Shown: piece after piece, positions 10,356 through 19,710 of the stretch
Layout: every line of letters starts with the position of its first letter
How positions within the stretch are numbered: the first letter of the stretch is position 1
Origin: an uncultured Enterobacteriaceae bacterium
GTDB lineage: Bacteria > Myxococcota_A > UBA796 > GCA-2862545
Direction: 5' to 3'
NCBI GenBank assembly: GCA_964396405.1
Contig: CAYNFK010000006.1
Location: 7,971-71,970, forward strand
DNA length: 64,000 bases
Notes under the pieces: model-generated
Told to the model about the DNA's origin: nothing
The model's database searches: none
Seen by the model: only the letters and a program-made list of their open reading frames with translations
Program-made: the position numbers and the translations under genes

Positions 10356-11183
10356 GGGCTCGGGCTCGACGGGAGCTGGCTCGGCCTCGACCGGCTCGGC
10401 CTCGACGGGAGCTGGCTCAGGGGCAGGCGGTGCCACGAGCGCCGGGATCCCCTGGGGCACAGAGGCGCCGAATGCTGGCTCCACCGAGAGCGGACCCCGC
10501 ACGAGGTCGGTCGTGAGCTGCCGCCAGGTAGGCCAGGCGTGACCGCCCTCGGCCACCCGCACCCGCTCGGCCGGGAGGTAGCCCGAGAGCCAGGTGTGGT
10601 TCTGCATGCCGAGATCGGTGGTGCCGTAGCCCAGGTAGATGGGCGGCAGGCGCTCAGCATCCCCATCGAGGCGCTTGAGCCAGTCCCAGAGGTCCTCATC
10701 CCACGCGCGGATGTTGGGCGGGCTGTAGTCGGACATGCGCTGGCCGCTCCGCACCGCTTCCAGCGTGCGCTTGCGCCCGAGGTAGGGCGAGAGGAGCACC
10801 ACCCCATCCACCTCGTGCGCGAAGTCCTTCGCGGTAAGCAGCGCGCCGAGGCCGCCCATCGAGATGCCGAGCACCCACACATGCTCGTAGCGACCGGACA
10901 GCGGACCGATCACATCCTCGCCCAGGCGCGTCTTGAGCTGGTCGCGCAGGTAGTAGCCAAGGGTGGCGTCCACAGCGAGCAGATCGGCCTTCACGCCGGC
11001 CTCGCGAGCGGCGCTCACGATGCCCTTGTCGCCGAATGCACGATCGTGCGCACCCAGGCCGGGCATCAGCAGCACGAGGGTGTCGGGGTCCGAGCCCGGG
11101 TAGAGCGTGGTGCGCAACGGCACGCGCGCGGGGAAGCACCCAGCGAGCACGGCCACGAGCGGAAGAAGCAGTCGGTAGGTCAT
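10338..11183 (-). CDS. alpha/beta hydrolase lipoprotein
   Basis: LLPLVAVLAGC lipobox, a GxSxG nucleophile elbow (VLGISMGGLG) and a Pro/Glu/Ala-rich C-terminal tail. Confidence 0.75.
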   Translation of the reverse strand: MTYRLLLPLVAVLAGCFPARVPLRTTLYPGSDPDTLVLLMPGLGAHDRAFGDKGIVSAAREAGVKADLLAVDATLGYYLRDQLKTRLGEDVIGPLSGRYEHVWVLGISMGGLGALLTAKDFAHEVDGVVLLSPYLGRKRTLEAVRSGQRMSDYSPPNIRAWDEDLWDWLKRLDGDAERLPPIYLGYGTTDLGMQNHTWLSGYLPAERVRVAEGGHAWPTWRQLTTDLVRGPLSVEPAFGASVPQGIPALVAPPAPEPAPVEAEPVEAEPAPVEPEPLPVVP

Positions 11184-11239
11184 GCGCGGCGAAGAACGCG
11201 CTGGATGAGCGGCCGCAAGCCGTGTGACCGCAAGCGACG

Positions 11240-11854
11240 CTACTCGGCTCCGCCCGCCTCTTCACCGAAGATCTGACCGAAGTTGGCCTCGGTGAGCGGC
11301 ACGCCCCAGCCCAGCTCGTCGCCCTCGGTCATGTCGAAGCCCAGGGCCTCCTTGAGCGCCTTGGCGTCTTCCGGCGAGGCCACGCCGTCGAAGCCGATCG
11401 CCGCGTCGAGCCGGATCTGGATCACGCGCTGCTTAGCCTCGGCCACGGCCACGTTGCCCGCCGCCACCTCGCGCTCCACCGCACCCAGCTCGTCGACAGC
11501 GCGATCGAGGACGGCCGCCACGCCTTCTTCATCATCGGGCAGGGCCACGCGCGCCCCTTCGAGCTGCACAGCCAGCGCGCGCAGATCGGAGGCCACAGCG
11601 CCGGGACCCTGGGGGTCTCCAGCGGCTCCGATGGGCGCAACGTAGCCGCCCGGCGGCGTAGGCATCGGCGTGAGAGCACGGCCCGCGACGTCGCCTTCCG
11701 AACCTGCAGACGCCGCAGGAGCGGCCTCTTCCGGCGGCGCATCCGGTTGCGTGCGTGCGGCGATCTCCTCGCCGCCATCTCCCGGCGACATGGCCCAGAA
11801 TCCAACGCCAGCGGCCAACACCGCAGCCAAGCCGCCGATCACGCGCTTGTCCAT
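11240..11854 (-). CDS. hypothetical membrane-anchored acidic protein
   Basis: 204-aa ORF with an N-terminal TM segment (VIGGLAAVLAAGVGFWA). No recognisable domain. Confidence 0.5.
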   Translation of the reverse strand: MDKRVIGGLAAVLAAGVGFWAMSPGDGGEEIAARTQPDAPPEEAAPAASAGSEGDVAGRALTPMPTPPGGYVAPIGAAGDPQGPGAVASDLRALAVQLEGARVALPDDEEGVAAVLDRAVDELGAVEREVAAGNVAVAEAKQRVIQIRLDAAIGFDGVASPEDAKALKEALGFDMTEGDELGWGVPLTEANFGQIFGEEAGGAE

Positions 11855-11902
11855 TCCGACCTCCGTCCGACCTTGTTCCTACCCAACCGGCAACCGGTGG
11901 CG

Positions 11903-12652
11903 CTACTCGGCCGCCAGGAAGCTCTCCACGGCGGTGGTGCTGAGCATCATCGGGTGACCCCGCCACACCACCTCGCCGTGGTGCACCAGCGCCACCGCCG
12001 GCACGCCGTCCACGCCGAACGCGTCGGTGATCGTGCCCGACTCCGCCCCGAGCGCGAAGGTCACACCGTGCTCGGCAGCAAAGGCCAGCAGGTCGGTGGA
12101 GGTGGTGCCGCGCGAGAGCTTCGAGATGCCCAGCACCTGCAGACCCTGCCCCGCGTAGGCCTGCGACATCGCCTCGAGCTTCGGCAGCTCCTGGCGGCAG
12201 TAAGGGCACCAGGTCTCCCAGAACACCAGCATCGTGAGCGGCGCGTCGGCGTAAGCGCCGGTGCCCTGCAGCCAGGTGACGTCGACCAGCGGAGCGGCCG
12301 GGCGCCCGATCACCTCGAGCTCAGAGAGCAGCGAGGACGCGAAGTTGGCTGCCGACGACTTCGGCCACGCCGTGACGATCGCGGTGAGGCGCACCTTCAG
12401 CTCGGGCACCGGGAGGGTGTCGTACTGCTCCAGCAGGGACTCCATCGCCTCACCGGCCGCCTGACCGCCGTCGTCCGCCACGAGGCGGGTGAGGAGGGCC
12501 TCGGCTTCCGCATACTCACCCAGGCGCACCAAGCGCGTGGCCTCGCGCAGCATCGGAAGCGCAACCGGCGACGCGAGAGGACCCGCGCCAGGCGGGGGCG
12601 TGCGCACGGCGCAACCCGCAACCAGCAACAGCACACTCAGAGCACCGCGCAT
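11903..12652 (-). CDS. TlpA-like thioredoxin-fold thiol:disulfide oxidoreductase lipoprotein
   Basis: LLLVAGC lipobox and a WCPYC active site (VFWETWCPYCRQELP). Confidence 0.8.
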   Translation of the reverse strand: MRGALSVLLLVAGCAVRTPPPGAGPLASPVALPMLREATRLVRLGEYAEAEALLTRLVADDGGQAAGEAMESLLEQYDTLPVPELKVRLTAIVTAWPKSSAANFASSLLSELEVIGRPAAPLVDVTWLQGTGAYADAPLTMLVFWETWCPYCRQELPKLEAMSQAYAGQGLQVLGISKLSRGTTSTDLLAFAAEHGVTFALGAESGTITDAFGVDGVPAVALVHHGEVVWRGHPMMLSTTAVESFLAAE

Positions 12653-12741
12653 CCGACCTCCGCGGGCCCCCCTATCGACAGCGCACCCTCCGGCCCATGG
12701 AACGGATGCAACTGCGCCACCGAAGGGTAGAAGGGGCGCAC

Positions 12742-13614
12742 ATGTCGGACACCCTGCCGCCCCTCGATCTCGATGCCCATGCCCGCACCCGGGTGATCCG
12801 CGAGGCCATAGGTCTCGTGTTCACCACGCTGCTCGTGGGCACGATCTTCCTTGGCCCCCTGATCGGGGTGCTCACGGTGTCGATCCCGCAGGTGATGGTG
12901 GCCGCACCGGAGCCGATTCGGCAGGCCACGATCTACCTGGTGGGCCTGGAGGGTACGTCGGAGGAAGAAGCCACAGGGGCCGATGGCGAAGACCCCGACG
13001 GCGAGGCCGTCCCCGAAGAAGCGGAGCAGCCGAGCCAGGCCGTCGAGGAGGTCCCAGAACCGCCCGAGGACGTCGCAGAGACGCCCGAGGCCGCAGCCTC
13101 ATCCCCCAGGCCGAAGCCAAAGCCCGAGCCGGAGACGCCGTCCGAACCGGCGCCCGCGGAAGCGAGCGAAGCGCCGCCCCAGCAGAAAGGTCAGGACGGC
13201 GCCGTCGCCGCCACGGAGCCGGAGCCGCCCAAGGCGCGTCGGGGTCGATCCGGCCGCTGCGAGAACCTCGTCCCCGAAATCGAGCGTGTGGGGGAAGGCG
13301 AGTTCACCATCCGACGCGCCCTCATCGACCACTACACGGCCGACCTGAAGACCTTCAACACCCTGGGCTGGAGCCGTCGCTACGAAGCCGACGACACCAA
13401 GGGCTGGCAGGTGGGTGGGTTCGGCTGCACCAGCCCGCTGTTCAAGGCTGGTCTGCGTTCGTCGGATGTGGTCCGGTACGTGAACGGCAAGAAGACCTGG
13501 AATGTGCTGCAAATCCTTGGACTTTGGCTGGGTCAGCGCAAGAAGGAGACCTTTGAGGTGGTGGTGCTGCGCAAGGGCCAAGAGCTGACGTTGCGCTATA
13601 CGCTCCTCGACTGA
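12742..13614 (+). CDS. membrane-anchored PDZ/GspC-like protein
   Basis: Start at MSDTLPP within ORF 12697..13614. There is a TM segment, an acidic Pro-rich linker and a C-terminal PDZ-like region ([30 protein letters not shown]). Confidence 0.55.
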   Translation: MSDTLPPLDLDAHARTRVIREAIGLVFTTLLVGTIFLGPLIGVLTVSIPQVMVAAPEPIRQATIYLVGLEGTSEEEATGADGEDPDGEAVPEEAEQPSQAVEEVPEPPEDVAETPEAAASSPRPKPKPEPETPSEPAPAEASEAPPQQKGQDGAVAATEPEPPKARRGRSGRCENLVPEIERVGEGEFTIRRALIDHYTADLKTFNTLGWSRRYEADDTKGWQVGGFGCTSPLFKAGLRSSDVVRYVNGKKTWNVLQILGLWLGQRKKETFEVVVLRKGQELTLRYTLLD

Positions 13615-13630
13615 CGCCGAGGAGGGGAAC

Positions 13631-13864
13631 CTGCTGCGGACCCTGCTGATTGCGCCCATCCGGTTCTACCAGCTGGGGATCTCCCCGTTCCTGCCGCCGT
13701 CGTGCCGGTACACGCCCACCTGCTCCGCGTACACGGTGGAGGCGATCCAGCGCTACGGCGCGTACGGGTTGGTGCTGGGTGCGAAGCGCATCGCGCGCTG
13801 CCATCCGGGCCGCGTGGGGGGCTACGATCCCGTGCCCGACCTGGGCCCCAAGGCCCTGCCATGA
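13631..13864 (+). CDS. yidD: membrane protein insertion efficiency factor YidD
   Basis: Own translation: [69 protein letters not shown]. It has a GAGGAGG RBS 5 nt upstream and a CTG start, so it is missing from the ATG-biased ORF track. Its stop overlaps the next ATG (ATGA). Confidence 0.8.
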   Translation: MLRTLLIAPIRFYQLGISPFLPPSCRYTPTCSAYTVEAIQRYGAYGLVLGAKRIARCHPGRVGGYDPVPDLGPKALP

Positions 13865-15159
13865 TCGGGCTGCTGCTCGCGACGGCGCTGGCCGATCACG
13901 GCCCCCAGCCCCACCCTGGGCTTCAGCAGGCCACCGACGCTCTGCACGCCGCGGTCGCCGATGTGCGCGGACTGCCCTTCTTGCGCGACGTGCCCGTGGT
14001 GATCGAGGACGAAGCGAGCGTGCGCGCACGCACGGCCCGAGAGAACCGCCGCGGCCGGTCCCGACGCGACATGGAGCGCCTAGGCCTCGTGCTCGAGGCG
14101 CTGCGCCTGGGTCCGCCGGGGCTCGATCTGGCGCAGCTCCAGGAGGACGCCTTCGGGGAGAGCCTGGGCGGCTGGTACGACCCCCGCCTGGAGCGCCTCG
14201 TGCTGGTCACGCGGCCTGGCGAGTTCGAGGGCAACGGCTTCGCGCCCACCAGCACCGACGGTCTCGTGGCGTCGCACGAGCTGGTTCACGCGCTGCAGGA
14301 TCAGCACGGCAGCATCGACGCGCTCCTGGAAGGGGGGTGGCCGTCCGGCGACCTGAGCCTCGCGTTCCGATCGGCGCTGGAGGGTGACGCCACCTACGCG
14401 ATGCTGCGCCTCGCCGCGGGCGATCGAAGGGACCTCCTCGATGCGCTCCCCGCCGACGACTTCGTCTCCACCTACCTGCCCACCCCCGACCCCGACGACC
14501 TCGCCCCGGCGCTGACCCGCCTTCCGCTGGCCGTTCGCATGGCGCTGCTCGCTCCGTACGAGCAGGGCGTGCGGTTCGCCCACGCTGTGGTGCAGGCACG
14601 TGGGATCGCAGGGCTCGACGCCGCGCTGGTCACGCCTCCCCTGTCGACCGAGCACATCCTCCACCCCGAGCGGTGGCTGGAGCTCGACGATCCGCCGCGC
14701 TGGCCGCTGCTCACATCCCCTACCCGGCTGGCGGGCCCGGGCTGGAGGCTGCTCGACGATGACGCGCTGGGCGAGCTGGGGACCCGCGCGCTGCTGGCCA
14801 CCTGGCTCGACCGGAGCCCGCACGATGACGTCGTGGTGCAGGCCGCAGCGGGCTGGGGAGGCGATCGGTACGCTGTGCTCTCCCATCGTGCTCATGGCCT
14901 CGCCGTGCAGTGGTGGACCGCCTGGGACAGCGCCGAGGACGCCGATCAGGCCGCCGTGGCCCTGCGAGCCGGCCTCGCCCGAGCGGACGGCACCCACGCA
15001 CTCCAGGTGCACGGCGACCGGGTGCTCCTCACCTTGGGCCTGTCACCCGACACCAGCCAGCGCGTGCTCGCCGCCCTCGCCCAAGCCGAGGAGACCCGGT
15101 GGACCTCCCTGGACGATGCCCGTCGAACGAGACATCCGGGGCGCGAGGCCACACCATGA
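13861..15159 (+). CDS. putative secreted zinc metalloprotease (HExxH)
   Basis: Start at [11 protein letters not shown] within ORF 13702..15159. It carries an [11 protein letters not shown] motif and is ATGA-coupled to both yidD and the downstream gene. Confidence 0.6.
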   Translation: MIGLLLATALADHGPQPHPGLQQATDALHAAVADVRGLPFLRDVPVVIEDEASVRARTARENRRGRSRRDMERLGLVLEALRLGPPGLDLAQLQEDAFGESLGGWYDPRLERLVLVTRPGEFEGNGFAPTSTDGLVASHELVHALQDQHGSIDALLEGGWPSGDLSLAFRSALEGDATYAMLRLAAGDRRDLLDALPADDFVSTYLPTPDPDDLAPALTRLPLAVRMALLAPYEQGVRFAHAVVQARGIAGLDAALVTPPLSTEHILHPERWLELDDPPRWPLLTSPTRLAGPGWRLLDDDALGELGTRALLATWLDRSPHDDVVVQAAAGWGGDRYAVLSHRAHGLAVQWWTAWDSAEDADQAAVALRAGLARADGTHALQVHGDRVLLTLGLSPDTSQRVLAALAQAEETRWTSLDDARRTRHPGREATP

Positions 15160-15668
15160 CCGATCCGCAGATCCCGTTGATGTCCGACCAGCTGGACGAG
15201 ATCCTCACCACGGGCGTGGATGACGAAGAGGAAGCGCTGGAGCTGGCGGCGTTGGCTGGGATGCTGGTGCGACTCGGCGCCGATCCGGCCCTGCTCCACG
15301 ATGCGCACGCGTGGCGCACCGGCCCGGGTGCGGTCCTGCTCAGGGAGGCCTTCGAAGCGGTCGACCTCGAAGCCTACCTGGACGCCATCGAGGACGCTGT
15401 CCACGACGGTGAAGACGAGGCCCAGATTGAAGAGGCCGTGCTCGACCTCGACGAGTTGGTCGCGGCCGCAGTGTGGGCCGGACGCACGGCCCTCGTGGCC
15501 CCGGCGGCGCGGGAGCTGGAGCGCACCGTGCGGGCGATGCCGGAGCGCTTCGCTGCGATGGCCCCGATGGGGCGCGCGCTGGCACGGGAGCGGGAGGTCG
15601 CCATGCACCTCGACCTGTACGGCTTCTGGCTCGCGATCGCCGATGCTGGGCAGCACCTCGAGAGCTGA
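15156..15668 (+). CDS. hypothetical acidic protein
   Basis: Start at MTDPQIP within ORF 14910..15668, with an ATGA overlap on the upstream gene. Confidence 0.5.
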   Translation: MTDPQIPLMSDQLDEILTTGVDDEEEALELAALAGMLVRLGADPALLHDAHAWRTGPGAVLLREAFEAVDLEAYLDAIEDAVHDGEDEAQIEEAVLDLDELVAAAVWAGRTALVAPAARELERTVRAMPERFAAMAPMGRALAREREVAMHLDLYGFWLAIADAGQHLES

Positions 15669-15760
15669 GGTCTCAAGGCCGTCAGGCCCTGCATCCAGTT
15701 CACGCGCCGACGATCGCCTGGGTTAGAGTCGGGCTCTTTCCGACGACCAAGAGGGTGGGC

Positions 15761-16576
15761 ATGAACATCGCGGTGGGCCTCGACCTGAAGCTCGGGGGGT
15801 ACGACTGGCTCCTCGGTCGGGCCATGTCGTTGTCGAAGTTCGTTCGCGGACGGCTGGATCTGGTCTACATCGGCACGCTGCCCGACGCGGCTGAGCGCCT
15901 CGAAGCGCTCTTGCAACAGGTGCCGGAGTCCGAGCGTGGGGCCGCTCGCGTGGTGCAGGGCGAGCCGGAAGAGGAGCTGGTGGCGATCACCAAGCACTAC
16001 GACGTGCTGGTGGTGGGTCCGCGCGAGCCGCAGGGCCTGGAGCGCCTCTTCCAGTCTGCGATGGCCGTGCGCGTGCTGCGTCGCTCCTTCTGCCCGGTCT
16101 ACGTGCCGCGAACGGATCGTCAGCCGGTCGGCAAGGTCCGGATGCTGGTGGGCATCGACCCCGAGAGCAGCCGCCTCGCCTTCGTGCTGCGCGAGACGAA
16201 CCGCGTCGCGCTGCGGTTCGGTGCGATCGTCGACCTGCTGCACGCCGTGCCTGGCACCTTGGTGAGCACCCGCCGTCCCGAGCTCAACGCTGTGCTCGAT
16301 CGCGAGTGGCAGGCCAAGCAGAAGCAGTTCCTGGTCAGGGTGAGTGAGCACCTCGAGACGCTGCACCCCGACGTGCGCGGCGAGGCGCTGGTGCTTCGTG
16401 GTGAAGCCGCCGACCTGCTGGTCGAGGCCTCCTCCCGCTACGACGTGCTGGTGGTGGGCAACCGCGACCACACGGGCATCGAGCGCTTCCTGCTCGGCGG
16501 CGTGGCCCGCAGCGTCGTCGTGAAGTCGGCCTGCGACGTGCTGGTGCTGCCCACCGAGCTGGGCGACGGCGCGTAG
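15761..16576 (+). CDS. tandem universal stress protein (UspA) domain protein
   Basis: Start at MNIAVGLD within ORF 15473..16576. Two Usp C-terminal motifs are present: VLVVGPREPQGLERLF..VLRRSFCPVYV and VLVVGNRDHTGIERFLLGGVARSVVVKSACDVLVLP. Confidence 0.75.
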   Translation: MNIAVGLDLKLGGYDWLLGRAMSLSKFVRGRLDLVYIGTLPDAAERLEALLQQVPESERGAARVVQGEPEEELVAITKHYDVLVVGPREPQGLERLFQSAMAVRVLRRSFCPVYVPRTDRQPVGKVRMLVGIDPESSRLAFVLRETNRVALRFGAIVDLLHAVPGTLVSTRRPELNAVLDREWQAKQKQFLVRVSEHLETLHPDVRGEALVLRGEAADLLVEASSRYDVLVVGNRDHTGIERFLLGGVARSVVVKSACDVLVLPTELGDGA

Positions 16577-16669
16577 GCTCCGAGGGGCCCTCTAAGCCAA
16601 GAGGCCCCGGAGGACACGAGGTCTTCCGGGGCCTGGATGGAGGAGGCGGGACCTGCCCGCCTCGGGGGC

Positions 16670-18898
16670 TCACTCGGCGGGGCTCTCTTCCGGGAAGAAG
16701 ACCACGTCGGCGATGCTGATCGAGGGGTCCGTGAGGTCGTTCACACGGACACCGTAGTTGGAGATCGTGTACAGATTGTCCTCGATGTAGACCGAGCGGC
16801 GGACCTGGGCGTACCAGTAGTTGTCCCAGCCGCAGGGGTCCCACTCGCCCACGTCGCCGGGCTCGGAGTCCACGTCACCGCCGTCGTCGGGAGGCTCGAC
16901 CGGGTCGACCTCGCCGCTCCCGGTGGAGCCGTCCGAGCCGCCGGCGCTGTCGCCGCCCTCATTGCCCTCGACGACATCGCCGCCGTCACTGACGCCCACA
17001 TCGCCCTCGACGCCGCCGCCGTAGTAGCTCTGCCACAGGCACTCGGACTGCGCGACCAGCTCGCGGTGATCGACCCGGCCCAGCTCGCTGATGCCCGTGG
17101 TGGTGGCACGGAACGAGATGGTGCCGGAGAAGCCCGACCAGGTGCCCGCCACCTCGTCGTAGCTCTCGGTGAACGCGGGGATGGTGAGCGTGTCGCGGTG
17201 GAAGGTGAAGGCGTGGTGATCCCACAGGGCCTCCGACCAGGCCCAGCCGTTGCCCGCCACCTCGTGCTGTGCCGCGATGCTGGGGTTGGCGAGGTCGCTC
17301 ACGTCGAACACGGTGACCGCGAGGCCGGTGAGCTCACCGGTCTCCAGGCCGGCCATGCCCACGGCGAGCAGGTGGTCGTCGTCCATCGGGTGCAGGTAGG
17401 CCGAGTAGCCGGGCATGTGCAGCTCACCCACCACGCGGGGGTTCGTGGGGTCCGACAGGTCGAGCGTGAACAGCGGATCGGTCTGCCGGAAGGTGACCAC
17501 GTAGCCCTTGTCGCCCATCATCCGGGCGGCGTAGATGCGCTCGTTGGGGCCCAGGCCGCCGACGTGCCCGACCACACCGAGGTCGCCCGCGCCGTCGTCC
17601 TTGAGCACGAACACGTTGTTCGCGGGCTCCTCGACGTCGGCCTCCTCACCCTGCATCCACCAGTTGGTGAGGTCGGTGGTGGCCACGCGCAGGTGACCCT
17701 CGTACTCCGACATCGCGAACTGGTCGTAGAGCCAGCCATCGACCACACCCGAGGCTAGGTAGGCCGGCTCGCTGCCCGACTGGAGCGAGAACTTGTGGAT
17801 GTGGCTCTTGCCCTCATCCTCGAAGCCCCACCACCACTGGCTGGTCTGCGCCACGTAGAGGTTCTCCGAGGAGGCGTAGATGGTCCAGCCATCCGACATC
17901 AGGCCGGTGCTGCCGAGGTCGCCGGTCTTCGTGTCGAGCTGCACGACCGAGAGCATGGAGAGCGGCGTGAGCACGGCCGGCGCGTAGAGATCTTCGCAGG
18001 CGTACATGCTCTCGACCGACTCACCCGCCGCCTGACGCCAGCGCGGCAACACGGTGTCGAGGTCGAGCGAGGCCACGAGCGCAGCCACCTGGGGGGCCAG
18101 GCGAGCGCGCGCCTCATCCTCGGCGGCCGACCAGGCCTCCTCGTCCTCCCAGTCGACCGGGTAGGCCGGCAGATCGCCCTGATCCGACCACACCAGCTCC
18201 CAGAAGCTGTTGGGGAGGGCCATGTACTGGTTCAGCACAAAGGTGACGTCGTCGCCCACAAGGCGCGCATCGGCCACCCAGCCATCCACATCGACCGTGC
18301 GCTCGACGGTGGGCGCGGCGGGATCCGAGACGTCGATCACCGTGACGCGGGTGGAGGGGTACCAGCTGCGCTCGGTGCCATCGGAGCCGAACGGCGACTG
18401 ATCGAGCTGCGTGAACACCACGGCGCGGTCGCCGACCAGGAACAGGCCGGTGGCCCACCCATCGAGCGCGAGCGTGGCGAGCTTCTCGGTGTCGGCCGCA
18501 GGCCAGGACTTCACGATGTGGAGCGAGCGATCCTGCGCCACGAACATGTGCGTGCCGTTCGTCTTCACGAGGTCGAGCTCGTCGACGCCGGCTTCCTGGT
18601 TGTTGGTGCCGGTGAAGTCGTCGGGCGCATCGGCCGCGTCGCCATCACCACCCGCCGCGTTGTCGGAGGGGGCGCCTTCAGCGCCGTCTTCGAGCACGCC
18701 GCCACGGTAGCCGTAGTAGCCGGTGACGAGCTGCTCGGTGATCACATCGGAGAGGCGCGACTTGAGGTCGTCGCAGTTCTCCATGCGCCGAAGCGAGGCA
18801 TCATTCGCCGGATCTGGCGCGCCTTCGGGGGTGCCGCAAGCGCCGAGCGCCGCAAGCGCGATGACGCCGAAAGAAGGAATCCAGGTCGAGGGTCGCAT
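16670..18898 (-). CDS. beta-propeller domain (PF09826-like) lipoprotein
   Basis: Start at MRPSTWIPSFGVIALAALGAC. YVVTFRQTDPLFTLDLSDPTNPRVVGELHMPGYSAYLHPM is typical of that family. Confidence 0.75.
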   Translation of the reverse strand: MRPSTWIPSFGVIALAALGACGTPEGAPDPANDASLRRMENCDDLKSRLSDVITEQLVTGYYGYRGGVLEDGAEGAPSDNAAGGDGDAADAPDDFTGTNNQEAGVDELDLVKTNGTHMFVAQDRSLHIVKSWPAADTEKLATLALDGWATGLFLVGDRAVVFTQLDQSPFGSDGTERSWYPSTRVTVIDVSDPAAPTVERTVDVDGWVADARLVGDDVTFVLNQYMALPNSFWELVWSDQGDLPAYPVDWEDEEAWSAAEDEARARLAPQVAALVASLDLDTVLPRWRQAAGESVESMYACEDLYAPAVLTPLSMLSVVQLDTKTGDLGSTGLMSDGWTIYASSENLYVAQTSQWWWGFEDEGKSHIHKFSLQSGSEPAYLASGVVDGWLYDQFAMSEYEGHLRVATTDLTNWWMQGEEADVEEPANNVFVLKDDGAGDLGVVGHVGGLGPNERIYAARMMGDKGYVVTFRQTDPLFTLDLSDPTNPRVVGELHMPGYSAYLHPMDDDHLLAVGMAGLETGELTGLAVTVFDVSDLANPSIAAQHEVAGNGWAWSEALWDHHAFTFHRDTLTIPAFTESYDEVAGTWSGFSGTISFRATTTGISELGRVDHRELVAQSECLWQSYYGGGVEGDVGVSDGGDVVEGNEGGDSAGGSDGSTGSGEVDPVEPPDDGGDVDSEPGDVGEWDPCGWDNYWYAQVRRSVYIEDNLYTISNYGVRVNDLTDPSISIADVVFFPEESPAE

Positions 18899-18960
18899 GA
18901 GGGCCTCCGTGTGTCCGTGCCCACCCACAACATGCCCGACCACGGGTCCCGCGTCCACAC

Positions 18961-18984
18961 ATTTCGGCAATATTCTGCCGAAAT
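18961..18984. promoter_or_regulatory. AT-rich perfect inverted repeat ATTTCGGCA-N6-TGCCGAAAT (candidate operator)
   Basis: Read directly from the sequence. It lies in the divergent region between the genes starting at 18898 (-) and 19060 (+). Confidence 0.3.
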
Positions 18985-19059
18985 AGATCGCCGACCCCTG
19001 GATCCGTCCAGCTCCCCCACCCCCGACCAGCGTGCTAGGGACGGCATCCTGGAGGGCGG

Positions 19060-19704
19060 ATGCGCATCGTCGAGCGGGCCGCGCGGATCCACGATCAGCT
19101 GGCCGCGTTGTACCCCGAGACGCCCATTCCGCTCGATCACGTGGATCCGTTCACGCTGCTGGTGGCTGTGGCGCTCTCCGCCCAGACCACCGACAAGAAG
19201 GTGAACCAGGTCACGCCGGCCCTGTTCGCCCTCGCGCCCAACGCCCGAGCGATGGCCGCCCTGCCTGCGGAGACCGTGCAGGCGCTGATTCGCGAGGTGG
19301 GCCTCGCCCCCACCAAGGCGCGCAACCTGGTGCGCATGTCGACGCTGCTGGTGGAGCGCCACGGCGGCGAGGTCCCGAGCAGCTTCGAGGCCTTAGAAGA
19401 CCTCCCCGGTGTGGGTCACAAGACCGCCAGCGTCGTGATGAGCCAGGCCTTCGGCGTGCCCGCCTTCCCTGTGGACACCCACATCCACAGGCTGGCCTGG
19501 CGCTGGTCGCTCTCGTCGGGTGCGAACGTAGAACGCACCGAGCGTGATCTCAAGGCCCTGTTTCCGAGAGAGCACTGGAACGCGCTGCACCTTCGGATCA
19601 TCTTCTTCGGGCGCGAGCACTGCCCGGCCCGCGGACACGACGCCGCGGTCTGCCCGATCTGCTGCTGGGCCTCCCCCAAGACCCGGCACGGCGCCGTGCC
19701 GTAG
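19060..19704 (+). CDS. nth: endonuclease III
   Basis: FTLLVAVALSAQTTDKKVN, the HhH motif LPGVGHKTASVVM, VDTHIHR and a C-terminal Cys cluster. Confidence 0.9.
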   Translation: MRIVERAARIHDQLAALYPETPIPLDHVDPFTLLVAVALSAQTTDKKVNQVTPALFALAPNARAMAALPAETVQALIREVGLAPTKARNLVRMSTLLVERHGGEVPSSFEALEDLPGVGHKTASVVMSQAFGVPAFPVDTHIHRLAWRWSLSSGANVERTERDLKALFPREHWNALHLRIIFFGREHCPARGHDAAVCPICCWASPKTRHGAVP

Positions 19705-19710
19705 CCGCGC

